Origin: a virus | Reading direction: 5' to 3' (one strand) | Virus record (IMG/VR): IMGVR_UViG_3300032080_000009 | Span: 1 to 43,027 of that record | Length of the DNA: 43,027 bases | In this document: positions 8,836-17,665 of the stretch, one piece after another | How positions within the stretch are numbered: the stretch's first letter is position 1 | Layout of the letters: each line of letters opens with the position of its first letter | Program-made: the position numbers and the translations under genes | The notes under the pieces: generated by a model | Database searches by the model: none | What the model was told of the DNA's origin: nothing | The model's input: only the letters and a program-made list of their open reading frames with translations

Positions 8836-9816
8836 GTGCCTAACACGTTTCTCAAGCCGAGCGTTATCGCTCGCGCGACCGTTGGTCTGCTCTACCGTGA
8901 GCTGACTGTCGCTCGTACCGTCTGGACTGACGCGATCAACCCGGGCGAGTTCTCGGGCGCTCTCAACGACACCGTGTCGATGCGCGTGCCGGCTCGCCGG
9001 GTCGCCCGTAAGCGCACCCTGCGCGCGGGTACCGCCATCGTCAACGACGTCTCGACCGAGTTCTCGGTGCCGGTCAAGCTCGACACCGACGTCTACAACG
9101 GCGCGCCGATCACCGACGAAGAGCTCACGCTCGACATCACCGACTTCGCCGCGCAGGTGCTCGCCCCGCAGGTGCGCGCCGTCGTCGAAGGCATCGATGA
9201 CGAGGTGATCAACGAGATCGAGAACGCCGACTACTCCGGCGGCATGATCGTCGACCCGACGAACACCGATCTCATCGTCTCGGGCCAGACTGACTGGTAC
9301 TTCGCCGCGCTGCGGGCCCGCACGAAGCTCAACGAGAAGCACGTCCCGCAGGAGGGTCGCACGCTGCTCATCGGCACGACCGTCGAAGAGAAGATCATGC
9401 GCAGCGACCGCTTCGTGCGCTTCGACTCTCGCGGCCCGGGTGCCGAGACCGCGCTCGAAGGCGCGACGATCGGTCGGATCGCCGGCTTCGACGTCGTGCT
9501 CTCGACCGAGATCGACCCCGACGACGCCTACGCTTACCACCGCTCGGCCTTCGTCGCCGCGACTCGGGCCCCGCTCGTGCCGCGTGGCGCAGCCTTCGCG
9601 CAGGTGCGCGGCGCGGCCGTCGGCATGGGTGCCAGCGAGTTCTACAACGGTCTGTCGGTCCGGTGGCTCATGGATTACGACTACACGAACACGACCGACC
9701 GCTCGCTCGTCAACACGTGGATCGGCACCGCGCAGGTGAAAGACCCCGTGGCCCCGCAGAACCCGGCGTCGGCGATGACCAACCAGCGCGCCGTCGCCAT
9801 TCGGGGTAACAGCTGA
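8836..9816 (+). CDS. major capsid protein (HK97-fold type)
   Basis: 326 aa, GTG start after AGGGGAT. Its position after the scaffold and its composition are typical. Confidence 0.85.
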   Translation: MPNTFLKPSVIARATVGLLYRELTVARTVWTDAINPGEFSGALNDTVSMRVPARRVARKRTLRAGTAIVNDVSTEFSVPVKLDTDVYNGAPITDEELTLDITDFAAQVLAPQVRAVVEGIDDEVINEIENADYSGGMIVDPTNTDLIVSGQTDWYFAALRARTKLNEKHVPQEGRTLLIGTTVEEKIMRSDRFVRFDSRGPGAETALEGATIGRIAGFDVVLSTEIDPDDAYAYHRSAFVAATRAPLVPRGAAFAQVRGAAVGMGASEFYNGLSVRWLMDYDYTNTTDRSLVNTWIGTAQVKDPVAPQNPASAMTNQRAVAIRGNS

Positions 9817-9817
9817 C

Positions 9818-10165
9818 ATGCCGTACACAGTCGCAGTGCTTAACCTCGCGGTCGATGCGATCGCGGGGGCCGGCGCGTACATCAGCGCGCACACTGGCGA
9901 CCCGTCGACGACGGGCGCAAACGAGGTCGCGGGCGGCTCGTACGCGAGGCAGCTCACGACGTGGGGCACGGCCGCCAACGGCGAGCGTGCCGGCTCGCAG
10001 GTGAACATTCCGATTCCGGCGTCGACCACCGTGACCCATTGGGGCATCTGGTCGGCGGCGAGCTCGGGCACGTTCCGGGGCGGCTTCGCTCTCGCCGCTT
10101 CGGAGGTCTTCGGCTCGGCCGGCACGCTGCAGCACACGCCGACGCTCGACGTCAACGCGGTCTAA
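9818..10165 (+). CDS. hypothetical structural protein
   Basis: 115 aa with the motif SAHTGDPSTTGANEVAGGSYARQ, which is recurrent in phage structural modules. The function is not assignable. Confidence 0.7.
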   Translation: MPYTVAVLNLAVDAIAGAGAYISAHTGDPSTTGANEVAGGSYARQLTTWGTAANGERAGSQVNIPIPASTTVTHWGIWSAASSGTFRGGFALAASEVFGSAGTLQHTPTLDVNAV

Positions 10166-10172
10166 CCGAGCT

Positions 10173-10213
10173 CCCGAGCAGGCCTGCTTACCCCCGTGAG
10201 CGGCCTGCTCGGG
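10173..10213 (+). terminator. 12-bp perfect hairpin CCCGAGCAGGCC / GGCCTGCTCGGG after the capsid gene pair
   Basis: Perfect inverted repeat with a 17-nt loop in a 71-bp intergenic gap. Confidence 0.55.
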
Positions 10214-10236
10214 TCTGACCACGAGGGGCGGTCGTC

Positions 10237-12942
10237 GTGACGATCACACTCGCCGGGGCAACCGGCGTCTCGACGACCGCAGCGGCGCGAGGCACGACGT
10301 CGACCACCGTTGCGTATACGGCGGTCGCGGCCGGCCGCATGGCCGTCATCACGGTCGCGATCAAGCCGAGCACCGCGACCGCAGGCACCGCGCCGTCGGG
10401 GTGGACGCAGGTCGTCAACGCCACGGGCGGCACGGGCACCGACGCGACCGGCACGGGCACGAGCCGGGTCGTGAAGTACTACCGCGAGCTCACGGGCGGC
10501 GAGACCGGCTCGGTCACGGTCACGGCGACGAGCTCGACGACCATCGAAGCAGCGATGGACGTCTACGCGAAGACGCGCGGCTCGTGGGCGACCCCGATCG
10601 GCGTCTCGGCGGCCGACACGACGCAGGGCACCAACCCGAGCGCGGCGAGCGGTACATGGGCCGAAGCGCTCAACGTCGGCGACTTCGTGCACGTCGGCTA
10701 CGCGACCAACTCGGCGAGCACGACCGCATCGAGCGCGCCGACGGTCGTGCAGGCGGGCACGACGTTCGGCACCGCGACCGCCCGCTCGCGGGTCGGCAAC
10801 TCTTCCGGCACGACCGGCTCGGTCTTCACGTGGGACGCGGCCGTCACGGGCGTGACCGCAGGCGCGGGCGCAGGCACGGGCGCGACGACGTTCGGCATGA
10901 CGTGGACGATCTCGTCTTCGGGTGCCTTCGGCGCGGTGCGCTTGCGCGAATACGACTCGATGCTCGCCGTCACCGACAACTTCGACGATGGCACGCAGAA
11001 TGCCAACGTCTACGGGCCCGACTCGTACGGCACTTTCTCGGAGTCCGGCGGCCGGCTGCGCGTCGCCATCTCGACGACCTACTCGGCGGTCTACTCACCG
11101 AATAAGTACCGCTTCGATGACATCTACTTCCGGGCGTATCCGGCGGCCGGGAATGGCGCGACGACCGAGGCTTACTCGGCATTCTGGCTCGACTCGAAGT
11201 CGCAGGCCGACGGCACCGTGCTCGGCTTTTTCTACGACGGCATTAACGATCAGCTATATCTAGCGTCATGGGTGGGCTACTCCGACGCTTCGCAGGTCGT
11301 GCTTTCCGGGGCGGCGACCGGGCATCCCTACTGGCGTCTGCTGCGCTCGGGCAGCAATGTGCTCTGGCAGACGTCGACCAACGGCTCGACATGGGTCACG
11401 CAGCGCACGGCGGCGATGCCGACATGGGTCTCGGCGGGCACCGATCTCGCGATGTGGTGGGAAGGTCACCGCGCCGAAGGCACCGCCAACAACTACGAGA
11501 TCGACAACCTGAACATCACGGCCGCGCTCGTTATCACGACGAGTGGCTCGGCCGTCGCCAACGCAACTCGCATCGCTACGAGCTCGAAGCTCGCCACCGT
11601 GGCGCGCTCGGCCGTCGCCGAAGCGACCGCCCGGGCCACGGCCGGCAAGCTGCGCGCCGTCGCCGCGAGCGCCGTCGCTGAGGCCGCCGCTCGGGCGACG
11701 ATCTCGAAGCGCGCCACGATCGCCCGCTCGGCCGTCGCTGAGGCGACCGCCCGCGCCGTTACCGTGCGGGCCCGGCTCACGATCGGCATCGCCACGGCCG
11801 AAGCTACGGCTCGCGCCGTCGCCGGCCGGCTCGTCACCGTGGCCCGATCAGCGACCGCAGAGGCGACCGCCCGGGGCGTCGCCGGCCGGCGAGTCACGAT
11901 CGCGCGCTCGGCCACGGCCGAAGCGACCGCTCGGGCGACGACCGTCACGGCTCGCGGCACGATCGGCAAGGCTGACGCCACGGCGACCGCCCGGGCAACG
12001 GCGGCGACCGCCCGGCTCACGGCGCGCAGCGCGCAGGCGACGGCCGGCGCGACCGCGACCCGTTCGACGTCTCGGGTGACCACGAGCACGGTCGTCTTCA
12101 CGGCGACCGCTCGGGGCACGGCCGGCCGGCTCGCGGCGACCGCTCGCACCGCGACCGCGCAGGCGACCGCCCGAGCGACCGCAGGCGCACGTAAGACGAC
12201 GACGGGCACCGCGAGCACAGTCGCGACGACTTCGGCCGTCACGCGCACGCTGAGGGTCACGGCGGGCCGAGCGCAGGCGGTCGCAGGCGCGAGCGCGTCA
12301 ACGGGCAACTTCGAGCAGCACCCGACCGAAGGCACGGCCGCTGCAGCGGCGACCGCCCGGGCGACGACGGCGAAGCGCGCTACGGCCGCCCGGTCGGCGA
12401 CGGCGACGGCCGGCGCGCGCAGCACGAGCGCGACCGCGCGCACGACGACCGGCCGCGCGCCGGCCGTCGCCACGGCGCGGGCGGCGACCGGTGCCGAGAC
12501 GATCATCGTCACGACCGGCTCGGCTACGGCGACCGCGACTGCTCGGGCCACGGTCGCGAAGCGGGCGGCCGTCGCACGCACGGCTGCCGCGACCGCAAGC
12601 TCGTCGGCACTCATCGCATCTCGTCGCACGAAGAGCGGCTCGGGCGTCGTCATCGCGACCGCGTACGCCACGACCGGCAACACCGAGCAGCACCCGACGA
12701 CCGGCCGAGCGCAGGCGACCGCAGGCGCACGTGCGGGCGCGCGAGGCTTCCATCGGACGACCGGCCGGGCCACGGTCGCCGCGACCGCGTCGTCTCGCCG
12801 CCCGGCGGGCACGAGTGGCCGGCCGCCGATCGTGAGCTCGACTCGCCCCGGCCGCAGCGTGACCGTGGGAGAATCGAGCAGGATTACGACAGTGACCTAC
12901 CCGCGACGCATTCTCGACGTGAGACGTCCGTACCGGGTCTAG
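10237..12942 (+). CDS. large repeat-containing virion protein (possible head or tail fibre)
   Basis: 901 aa, GTG start. It has a Thr/Ala/Gly-rich N-terminal domain and a jelly-roll/lectin-like middle segment (YWRLLRSGSNVLWQTSTNGSTW). The C-terminal ~400 aa consist of tandem 20-aa units such as VARSAVAEATARATAGKL. Confidence 0.75.
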   Translation: MTITLAGATGVSTTAAARGTTSTTVAYTAVAAGRMAVITVAIKPSTATAGTAPSGWTQVVNATGGTGTDATGTGTSRVVKYYRELTGGETGSVTVTATSSTTIEAAMDVYAKTRGSWATPIGVSAADTTQGTNPSAASGTWAEALNVGDFVHVGYATNSASTTASSAPTVVQAGTTFGTATARSRVGNSSGTTGSVFTWDAAVTGVTAGAGAGTGATTFGMTWTISSSGAFGAVRLREYDSMLAVTDNFDDGTQNANVYGPDSYGTFSESGGRLRVAISTTYSAVYSPNKYRFDDIYFRAYPAAGNGATTEAYSAFWLDSKSQADGTVLGFFYDGINDQLYLASWVGYSDASQVVLSGAATGHPYWRLLRSGSNVLWQTSTNGSTWVTQRTAAMPTWVSAGTDLAMWWEGHRAEGTANNYEIDNLNITAALVITTSGSAVANATRIATSSKLATVARSAVAEATARATAGKLRAVAASAVAEAAARATISKRATIARSAVAEATARAVTVRARLTIGIATAEATARAVAGRLVTVARSATAEATARGVAGRRVTIARSATAEATARATTVTARGTIGKADATATARATAATARLTARSAQATAGATATRSTSRVTTSTVVFTATARGTAGRLAATARTATAQATARATAGARKTTTGTASTVATTSAVTRTLRVTAGRAQAVAGASASTGNFEQHPTEGTAAAAATARATTAKRATAARSATATAGARSTSATARTTTGRAPAVATARAATGAETIIVTTGSATATATARATVAKRAAVARTAAATASSSALIASRRTKSGSGVVIATAYATTGNTEQHPTTGRAQATAGARAGARGFHRTTGRATVAATASSRRPAGTSGRPPIVSSTRPGRSVTVGESSRITTVTYPRRILDVRRPYRV
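11560..12800 (+). repeat. in-frame tandem repeat array, period 60 nt (occasionally 57 or 63), about 20 units
   Basis: Repeated strings GCCGTCGCCGAAGCGACCGCCCGGGC and variants line up in successive 60-nt sequence lines (11602, 11662, 11722 and onward). The boundaries are approximate. Confidence 0.85.
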
Positions 12943-12957
12943 TAGGGGAGCGACAGC

Positions 12958-13677
12958 GTGCAGCGATACGACCCGGGCGACAGTGCCGATCTGCGGCACA
13001 TCGTGCGCGATCTCGACGGCGCGCTCGTGGCGGCCGACGTCGACTTCGAGGTGACGAAGCCGAGCGGCGCGACCGAGCAGATCACGCCGTCGACCCCGAG
13101 CGTCGGCATCTACGACGTGACGATTCCGGCGAGCGTGCTCGACGAGCTCGGCCGCTACCGCTACGAGTGGCAGGTCTCGGGCGACGTGAGCAACACGCGC
13201 TCGGGCGCGCTCTACGTCGCCGACGCCGATGACGTCGACGAGCTGCCGCCGCTGGTCGACATCGAGCGGCTCTTCGCGAAGATCGGCTACGTGCCCGACG
13301 GGGCCGAGCTCGACCGCGCGGCCGAGCTGCTCGACGAAGCGAGCGAGCTCGTGCGCGACGTCGCCGAGAAGACGTGGACCGACGAGACGACGGGCGTCGT
13401 GACCGGCGTGCCGCGCCGCGTGCGCTCGATCGTGGTCGAAGCCGCCTACCGCGCGTTCACCAACCCGGAAGGGCTCGTACAGCGCACGATCGGCGACTCG
13501 TCGAAGTCGTGGGACCGCTCGGGGCGTGAGGGCGGGCAGATCGTCTACCTGACCGACGACGAAGAGCGCGCGGTGCGCAAGGCGGCCGGCGCGAGCTCGA
13601 TGACCGTCGCCACGCTCTACGTGCCGAACGGTGGCGGCTGCGAGCTCGATACGTGGGCGGCGGCGACCCTACAGTGA
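12958..13677 (+). CDS. head-to-tail adaptor (gp6-like connector) with an N-terminal extra domain
   Basis: 239 aa, GTG after AGGGGAG. The C-terminal half (LDRAAELLDEASELVRDVA...RSIVVEAAYRAF) is connector-like. Confidence 0.65.
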   Translation: MQRYDPGDSADLRHIVRDLDGALVAADVDFEVTKPSGATEQITPSTPSVGIYDVTIPASVLDELGRYRYEWQVSGDVSNTRSGALYVADADDVDELPPLVDIERLFAKIGYVPDGAELDRAAELLDEASELVRDVAEKTWTDETTGVVTGVPRRVRSIVVEAAYRAFTNPEGLVQRTIGDSSKSWDRSGREGGQIVYLTDDEERAVRKAAGASSMTVATLYVPNGGGCELDTWAAATLQ

Positions 13678-14021
13678 TCGGCATCTCCATGCACGAGCTA
13701 CCCGAGCGGCTCACGCATCAGCGACGGCAGACCGTACCCGATGATCTCGGCGGCGAGAGCTCGCAGCTCGTTGAACTCGGCACCGTGCCGGCGAAGGTCT
13801 CGCAGCCTGCGGCGGCCGAGCAGCTCGAAGCCGAGCAGGCGGGCTCGACCATGACGATGATCGTGCACATGATGCCCGACGCCGACGTGCGGCGCGGCGA
13901 CACGCTCGTGCGCGTCGACGGCGAGCTGCTTCGCGTGAAGTACACCATCCACCCGTCGCAGCGCGACGCCTACCTGCGCGCCGACTGCGAGCTCGTGCAG
14001 AGTGAAGGGGACGTGACGTGA
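13674..14021 (+). CDS. head closure / head-tail joining protein
   Basis: GTGA overlap with the upstream gene. It is about 115 aa. Assignment rests on position and size. Confidence 0.55.
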   Translation: MIGISMHELPERLTHQRRQTVPDDLGGESSQLVELGTVPAKVSQPAAAEQLEAEQAGSTMTMIVHMMPDADVRRGDTLVRVDGELLRVKYTIHPSQRDAYLRADCELVQSEGDVT

Positions 14022-14680
14022 CCGCGCCGACATGGGCAATCCTCGTGCCGACGATCTCGCAGCGCGAGCCGCTTTTTCTGCGCTTGCTCGTCGTGCTGCT
14101 GCCGCAGCTCGACGCGGCCGGCGGCCGGGCTCGCGTCATCGCGTGGCGCAACGACGGCGAGCCGCGACTCGCCGAAGTTCGCGACGCGATGATCAACTCG
14201 GCCGACGCCGAGTATGTGAGCTTCGTCGACGACGACGATCTCGTCTCGCCCGACTACGTGAGCAGCATCGTCGACGCGCTCGACAAACGCCCCGATCATG
14301 TCGGTTTCCGAGTCGCGTACTGCGTCGACGGCATCGAGCGCGAGATCGTCGACCACTCGCTGCAGCACGGCCGATGGCACCGCAATGCGGCCGGCCGGCT
14401 CGTGCGCGACTTCACTCACCTTGATCCGATCCGCCGTGACATCGCCACGCGCGGGCGCTTCGCCACGGCGAAGAACGGCCGCCCCGAAGATCGGGTTTGG
14501 TGCCGGCAGGTGCGCCCGTTCCTGTTCTCCGAGACGTACGTCGACGACGTGCTCTACCGCTACCTCTACTCGGAGAGCACGTCGTCGTGGCAGCGCCCCG
14601 AGCGGCTCGTGCCGTCGGCCGCGCCGCGACCGGTCGTCGATCACCCCTACTTCGAATGGCACGAGAGGTCCGACCGATGA
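14018..14680 (+). CDS. glycosyltransferase (GT-A/family 2-like)
   Basis: It has WAILVPTISQREPLFLRLL and the DxD-type motif YVSFVDDDDLVSPDY. GTGA overlap upstream. Confidence 0.8.
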   Translation: MTAPTWAILVPTISQREPLFLRLLVVLLPQLDAAGGRARVIAWRNDGEPRLAEVRDAMINSADAEYVSFVDDDDLVSPDYVSSIVDALDKRPDHVGFRVAYCVDGIEREIVDHSLQHGRWHRNAAGRLVRDFTHLDPIRRDIATRGRFATAKNGRPEDRVWCRQVRPFLFSETYVDDVLYRYLYSESTSSWQRPERLVPSAAPRPVVDHPYFEWHERSDR

Positions 14681-15420
14681 GCCGCCTACTGATGATCGTG
14701 CCGACCCGCTCGCGCCCGCAGAACGTCGAGCCGCTCGTCGCCGCGTGGCTCGATACTGGCGGTTTCCTGGCGGCCGATCTCATGCTCGTGGTCGACGTCG
14801 ACGACCCCGCCTTCGACGCCTACTGCCTCGCGGCCGAGCGGGTGAACAAGCAGCTCGCGCACTTCGGCGACGGCACGTTCATCCTGCGCTGCGCGCCCCG
14901 GCACGAGCAGCTCGTGCCGAAGCTCAACTCGGCCGCGCTTAGTGTGGCGGATGACTACGAGCTGCTCGGCTTCGCCGGCGACGACCACCTGCCGCGCACG
15001 AGCGGATGGGCGCAGCGCTTCGTGGAGCTCTTCGAGCGGAACCGCTCGGCCGGCGTCGCCTACCCTGACGATGGCTATCAGCACGAGAAGCTCGCGTCGT
15101 CATGGGTGATGCTCGCCGACGTCGTGCACGCGCTCGGCCGCATGGTGCCCGCACCCGTCGAGCATCTCTACTGCGACAACTCGATCATGGACGTCGGCCG
15201 CGAGGCGGGCTGTCTCGTCTACCTGCCCGACGTGCTCATCGAGCACGAGCACCCGGTCGCCGGCAAGCGCGAGACCGACGAGCAGTACGAGCGTGTCAAC
15301 GGCCGCGAGCAGTATCGTCGTGACCGACCGGCCTACAAGCGATGGAAGCGTGACGGCGGTCTCGTGACCGATGCCGGCATCGTGCGCGGCGTCATCGATG
15401 GGAGAGTGAGCAACGCATGA
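14677..15420 (+). CDS. glycosyltransferase (second, GT-A-like)
   Basis: Starts at internal ATG 14677 with an ATGA overlap. It has MIVPTRSRPQNVEP, VVDVDDP and FAGDDH. Confidence 0.7.
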   Translation: MSRLLMIVPTRSRPQNVEPLVAAWLDTGGFLAADLMLVVDVDDPAFDAYCLAAERVNKQLAHFGDGTFILRCAPRHEQLVPKLNSAALSVADDYELLGFAGDDHLPRTSGWAQRFVELFERNRSAGVAYPDDGYQHEKLASSWVMLADVVHALGRMVPAPVEHLYCDNSIMDVGREAGCLVYLPDVLIEHEHPVAGKRETDEQYERVNGREQYRRDRPAYKRWKRDGGLVTDAGIVRGVIDGRVSNA

Positions 15421-15959
15421 CCGAGATCTACGTCGCCAAAAACTCCGGCGTGCTGCGGGCCCCGAGCGGCGAGCAGCACCGACTTGTCGCCGGGCAGACG
15501 CTCGCCGACGGCCGGCACGAAGCCGTGACCGGCTCGCCCGACTCATGGGTGCCGATGGTCGTCGAGCTCTCGGTCGACGGCGGGCAGGGCCCGCAGGACA
15601 CCGAGGCCGATCCCGCGCTCTTCTTTGAGCGCATGACCGTCGCCGAAGCCGAGCGCGACGAGCTGCTCAACGTGCTCAACGGCATCGCGACCATTCTCGA
15701 TGAGCGCGGCCTGCTCGAAGGTGTCGATCGCGAGATGCCCGGCTGGTTGCCGCAGGCGGTCAAGCGCATCGCGAACACGCTCGCCGAGCCGCTCACCGAC
15801 GAGCCCGAGCAGGTCGTCGTCGCGGGCCCGGCCGACCCCGAGACGCCGGAGGGTCGCGCCACGATCCGCGAGTGGGCATGGGCGCAGGGACTCGAAGTCT
15901 CCGAGCGCGGGCAGCTGCCGAAGGCGGTCGTCGAAGCGTACCGGCGGAACCATGCCTAG
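15417..15959 (+). CDS. protein with a C-terminal Lsr2-type DNA-binding domain
   Basis: The C-terminus ATIREWAWAQGLEVSERGQLPKAVVEAYRRNHA matches the Lsr2 C-terminal pattern IREWA..G..VS.RG..P..V..AY. Confidence 0.7.
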   Translation: MTEIYVAKNSGVLRAPSGEQHRLVAGQTLADGRHEAVTGSPDSWVPMVVELSVDGGQGPQDTEADPALFFERMTVAEAERDELLNVLNGIATILDERGLLEGVDREMPGWLPQAVKRIANTLAEPLTDEPEQVVVAGPADPETPEGRATIREWAWAQGLEVSERGQLPKAVVEAYRRNHA

Positions 15960-16317
15960 CGTGACCATCACGGGCGAAGCCGAGCTCGCCGCGAAGATCA
16001 AAAAGATCGGCGGGCTCGTGCGCCGTGCTGCGCTCGAAGCCGTGCAGTCGGAGACGACCGAGATCGCGCAGGACATGCGGCGCAACGCCCCGCGCGAGAC
16101 GGGCACGCTCGTCGACAGCATCCAAGTCGAGATCGACGCGGGCGCGCTCGAAGGCCGGGCGGTCTCGACGGCGAAGTACACGCAGTACGTCGTGCACGGC
16201 ACGAGCGACACGGCCGCTAACGATTTCATGACGCCGGCCGCCGAGCGGTCGCGTCGCCGCTTCCCGAAGCGCGTGAAGGATGCCGTCGCCGTCGAGCTCG
16301 AAAAGCTCATCTCGTGA
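15952..16317 (+). CDS. HK97 gp10-like head-tail connector / tail completion protein
   Basis: Starts at internal ATG 15952. It has AALEAVQSETTEIAQDMRRNAPRETGTLVDSI and YTQYVVHGT. Confidence 0.65.
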   Translation: MPSVTITGEAELAAKIKKIGGLVRRAALEAVQSETTEIAQDMRRNAPRETGTLVDSIQVEIDAGALEGRAVSTAKYTQYVVHGTSDTAANDFMTPAAERSRRRFPKRVKDAVAVELEKLIS

Positions 16318-16772
16318 TCTCCACGCTGCCGCAGAACGCGGTGCAAGCGGCGATCGTCTCGCGCCTGCGGGGCGATGCCACGCTCGCCGCGCTGCTCAAG
16401 CCGATCAAGGGGCAGACGCCGCCGACGCCGGCCGTCGTCGACTTCGTGCCCGAAGGGCAGACGATGCCCTACGTCAACGTCGGCGATCACCTGTCCGTGC
16501 CCGACAACACGCACACGAGTTTCGGTCGCCGCATCACCGAGACCGTGCACGTCTGGACACGCGAGCGCAGCATGGGCCCCGGGCAGGTGATCGCGAACCG
16601 CGTCGCCGAGCTGCTCGATCACCAGGTCGCCGCGCTCTCGGCGCTGCTCGTGCCGAAGGGGCACCGCTGCGTCTCGATCCGCCTCTCTTTCGATCAGGCG
16701 CTCGACGACCCCGACCCCGAGATCAGGCATCATGTACTCAGGTTCACCATTGAGACCGCACAAGCGGCTTAG
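16314..16772 (+). CDS. tail terminator-like protein
   Basis: GTGA overlap, 152 aa. It lies immediately upstream of the major tail protein. Confidence 0.55.
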   Translation: MISTLPQNAVQAAIVSRLRGDATLAALLKPIKGQTPPTPAVVDFVPEGQTMPYVNVGDHLSVPDNTHTSFGRRITETVHVWTRERSMGPGQVIANRVAELLDHQVAALSALLVPKGHRCVSIRLSFDQALDDPDPEIRHHVLRFTIETAQAA

Positions 16773-16790
16773 CAGGAGAGAGGCGACGCG

Positions 16791-17228
16791 ATGAGCGGAC
16801 GCGACGGATTCGGTACGCTTTTTCAGCGCGCCACGACCCTTACGCCGGGCACCACGTACGAGACGATCGCCAACGTCACGAACATCGGCGGGCCCGAGCG
16901 CACCCGAGAGACGATCGACGTCACGGCGCACGACTCGCCCGGCGGGTGGATGGAGTTTCTCGGCGGGCTGAAGGATGGCGGCGAGATCTCGCTCGACGTC
17001 AACTACGACCCGGCCGAGAGCACGCACGATCTCGACGACGACTTCGACGACGCCGTGCCGCGCAACTACCGCATCGTCCTGCTGCCGGACACCGACGACG
17101 AGCACACGTGGCAGATCAAGGGGATCATGACCAACGTCGGCGATGAGTTCCCCTACGACGACAAGATGAGCCGCTCGGTCACGATCAAGGTGTCGGGCAA
17201 GCCCGACCTTACGCCGACCGGCAGCTAG
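16791..17228 (+). CDS. major tail (tube) protein
   Basis: 145 aa after GGAGAGAGG. It lies just before the chaperone/tape-measure pair and is TP901-1-like in size. Confidence 0.75.
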   Translation: MSGRDGFGTLFQRATTLTPGTTYETIANVTNIGGPERTRETIDVTAHDSPGGWMEFLGGLKDGGEISLDVNYDPAESTHDLDDDFDDAVPRNYRIVLLPDTDDEHTWQIKGIMTNVGDEFPYDDKMSRSVTIKVSGKPDLTPTGS

Positions 17229-17269
17229 TCTTACCGAGCCCCACCGATCAACTCTGGGAGAGTACGACC

Positions 17270-17665
17270 ATGCCTTTCTTGACCCGCGATGCCATTCTCG
17301 AAGCGGACGACACGAAGTACGAGACCGTCGAGTGTCCCGAGTGGGGCGGCGACGTGCGCCTGCGCTCGATCTCCGGCGCGAAGCGCGATCAGTACGAAGC
17401 CTCGCTCGTCGAAGAGCGCGGCGGCTCGCGCAAGATGAACCTGCGCAACGCGCGGGCGAAGCTCATCGTTCTCACGGCCGTCGGCGAGGACAATCGGCCG
17501 CTCTTCACGAGCGAGGATCTGCGAGCGCTCGGCAACAAGAATGCCGCCCCGCTCGACCGGCTCTTCGACGCCGCGAAGCGCCTCGCCGGCATGAGTGACG
17601 ATGACGTCGAGAAGATGACCGAAAATTTCGGCGAGACGGACGACGAAGGCGAGTCTTCCGTTTAG
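17270..17665 (+). CDS. tail assembly chaperone (G-like, zero-frame product)
   Basis: 131 aa with an acidic C-terminus, directly upstream of the tape measure. GGGAGAG lies 7 nt upstream. Confidence 0.8.
   Translation: MPFLTRDAILEADDTKYETVECPEWGGDVRLRSISGAKRDQYEASLVEERGGSRKMNLRNARAKLIVLTAVGEDNRPLFTSEDLRALGNKNAAPLDRLFDAAKRLAGMSDDDVEKMTENFGETDDEGESSV

Noticed and set aside
11560-12800. Whether the 60-nt tandem repeats could be a CRISPR array or a DGR variable region
   Set aside because: The repeats are contiguous, with no unique spacers. They are in frame within a long ORF and are degenerate at the nucleotide level. No cas genes or reverse transcriptase are present anywhere in the window.
11493-12812. 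439-aa ORF on the minus strand, antisense to the repeat region
   Set aside because: It mirrors the plus-strand Ala/Thr/Arg repeats (AVA.RAVA...). It has no start context, and it lies inside a gene whose frame is preserved by repeat-length selection. It is a typical GC-rich antisense artefact.
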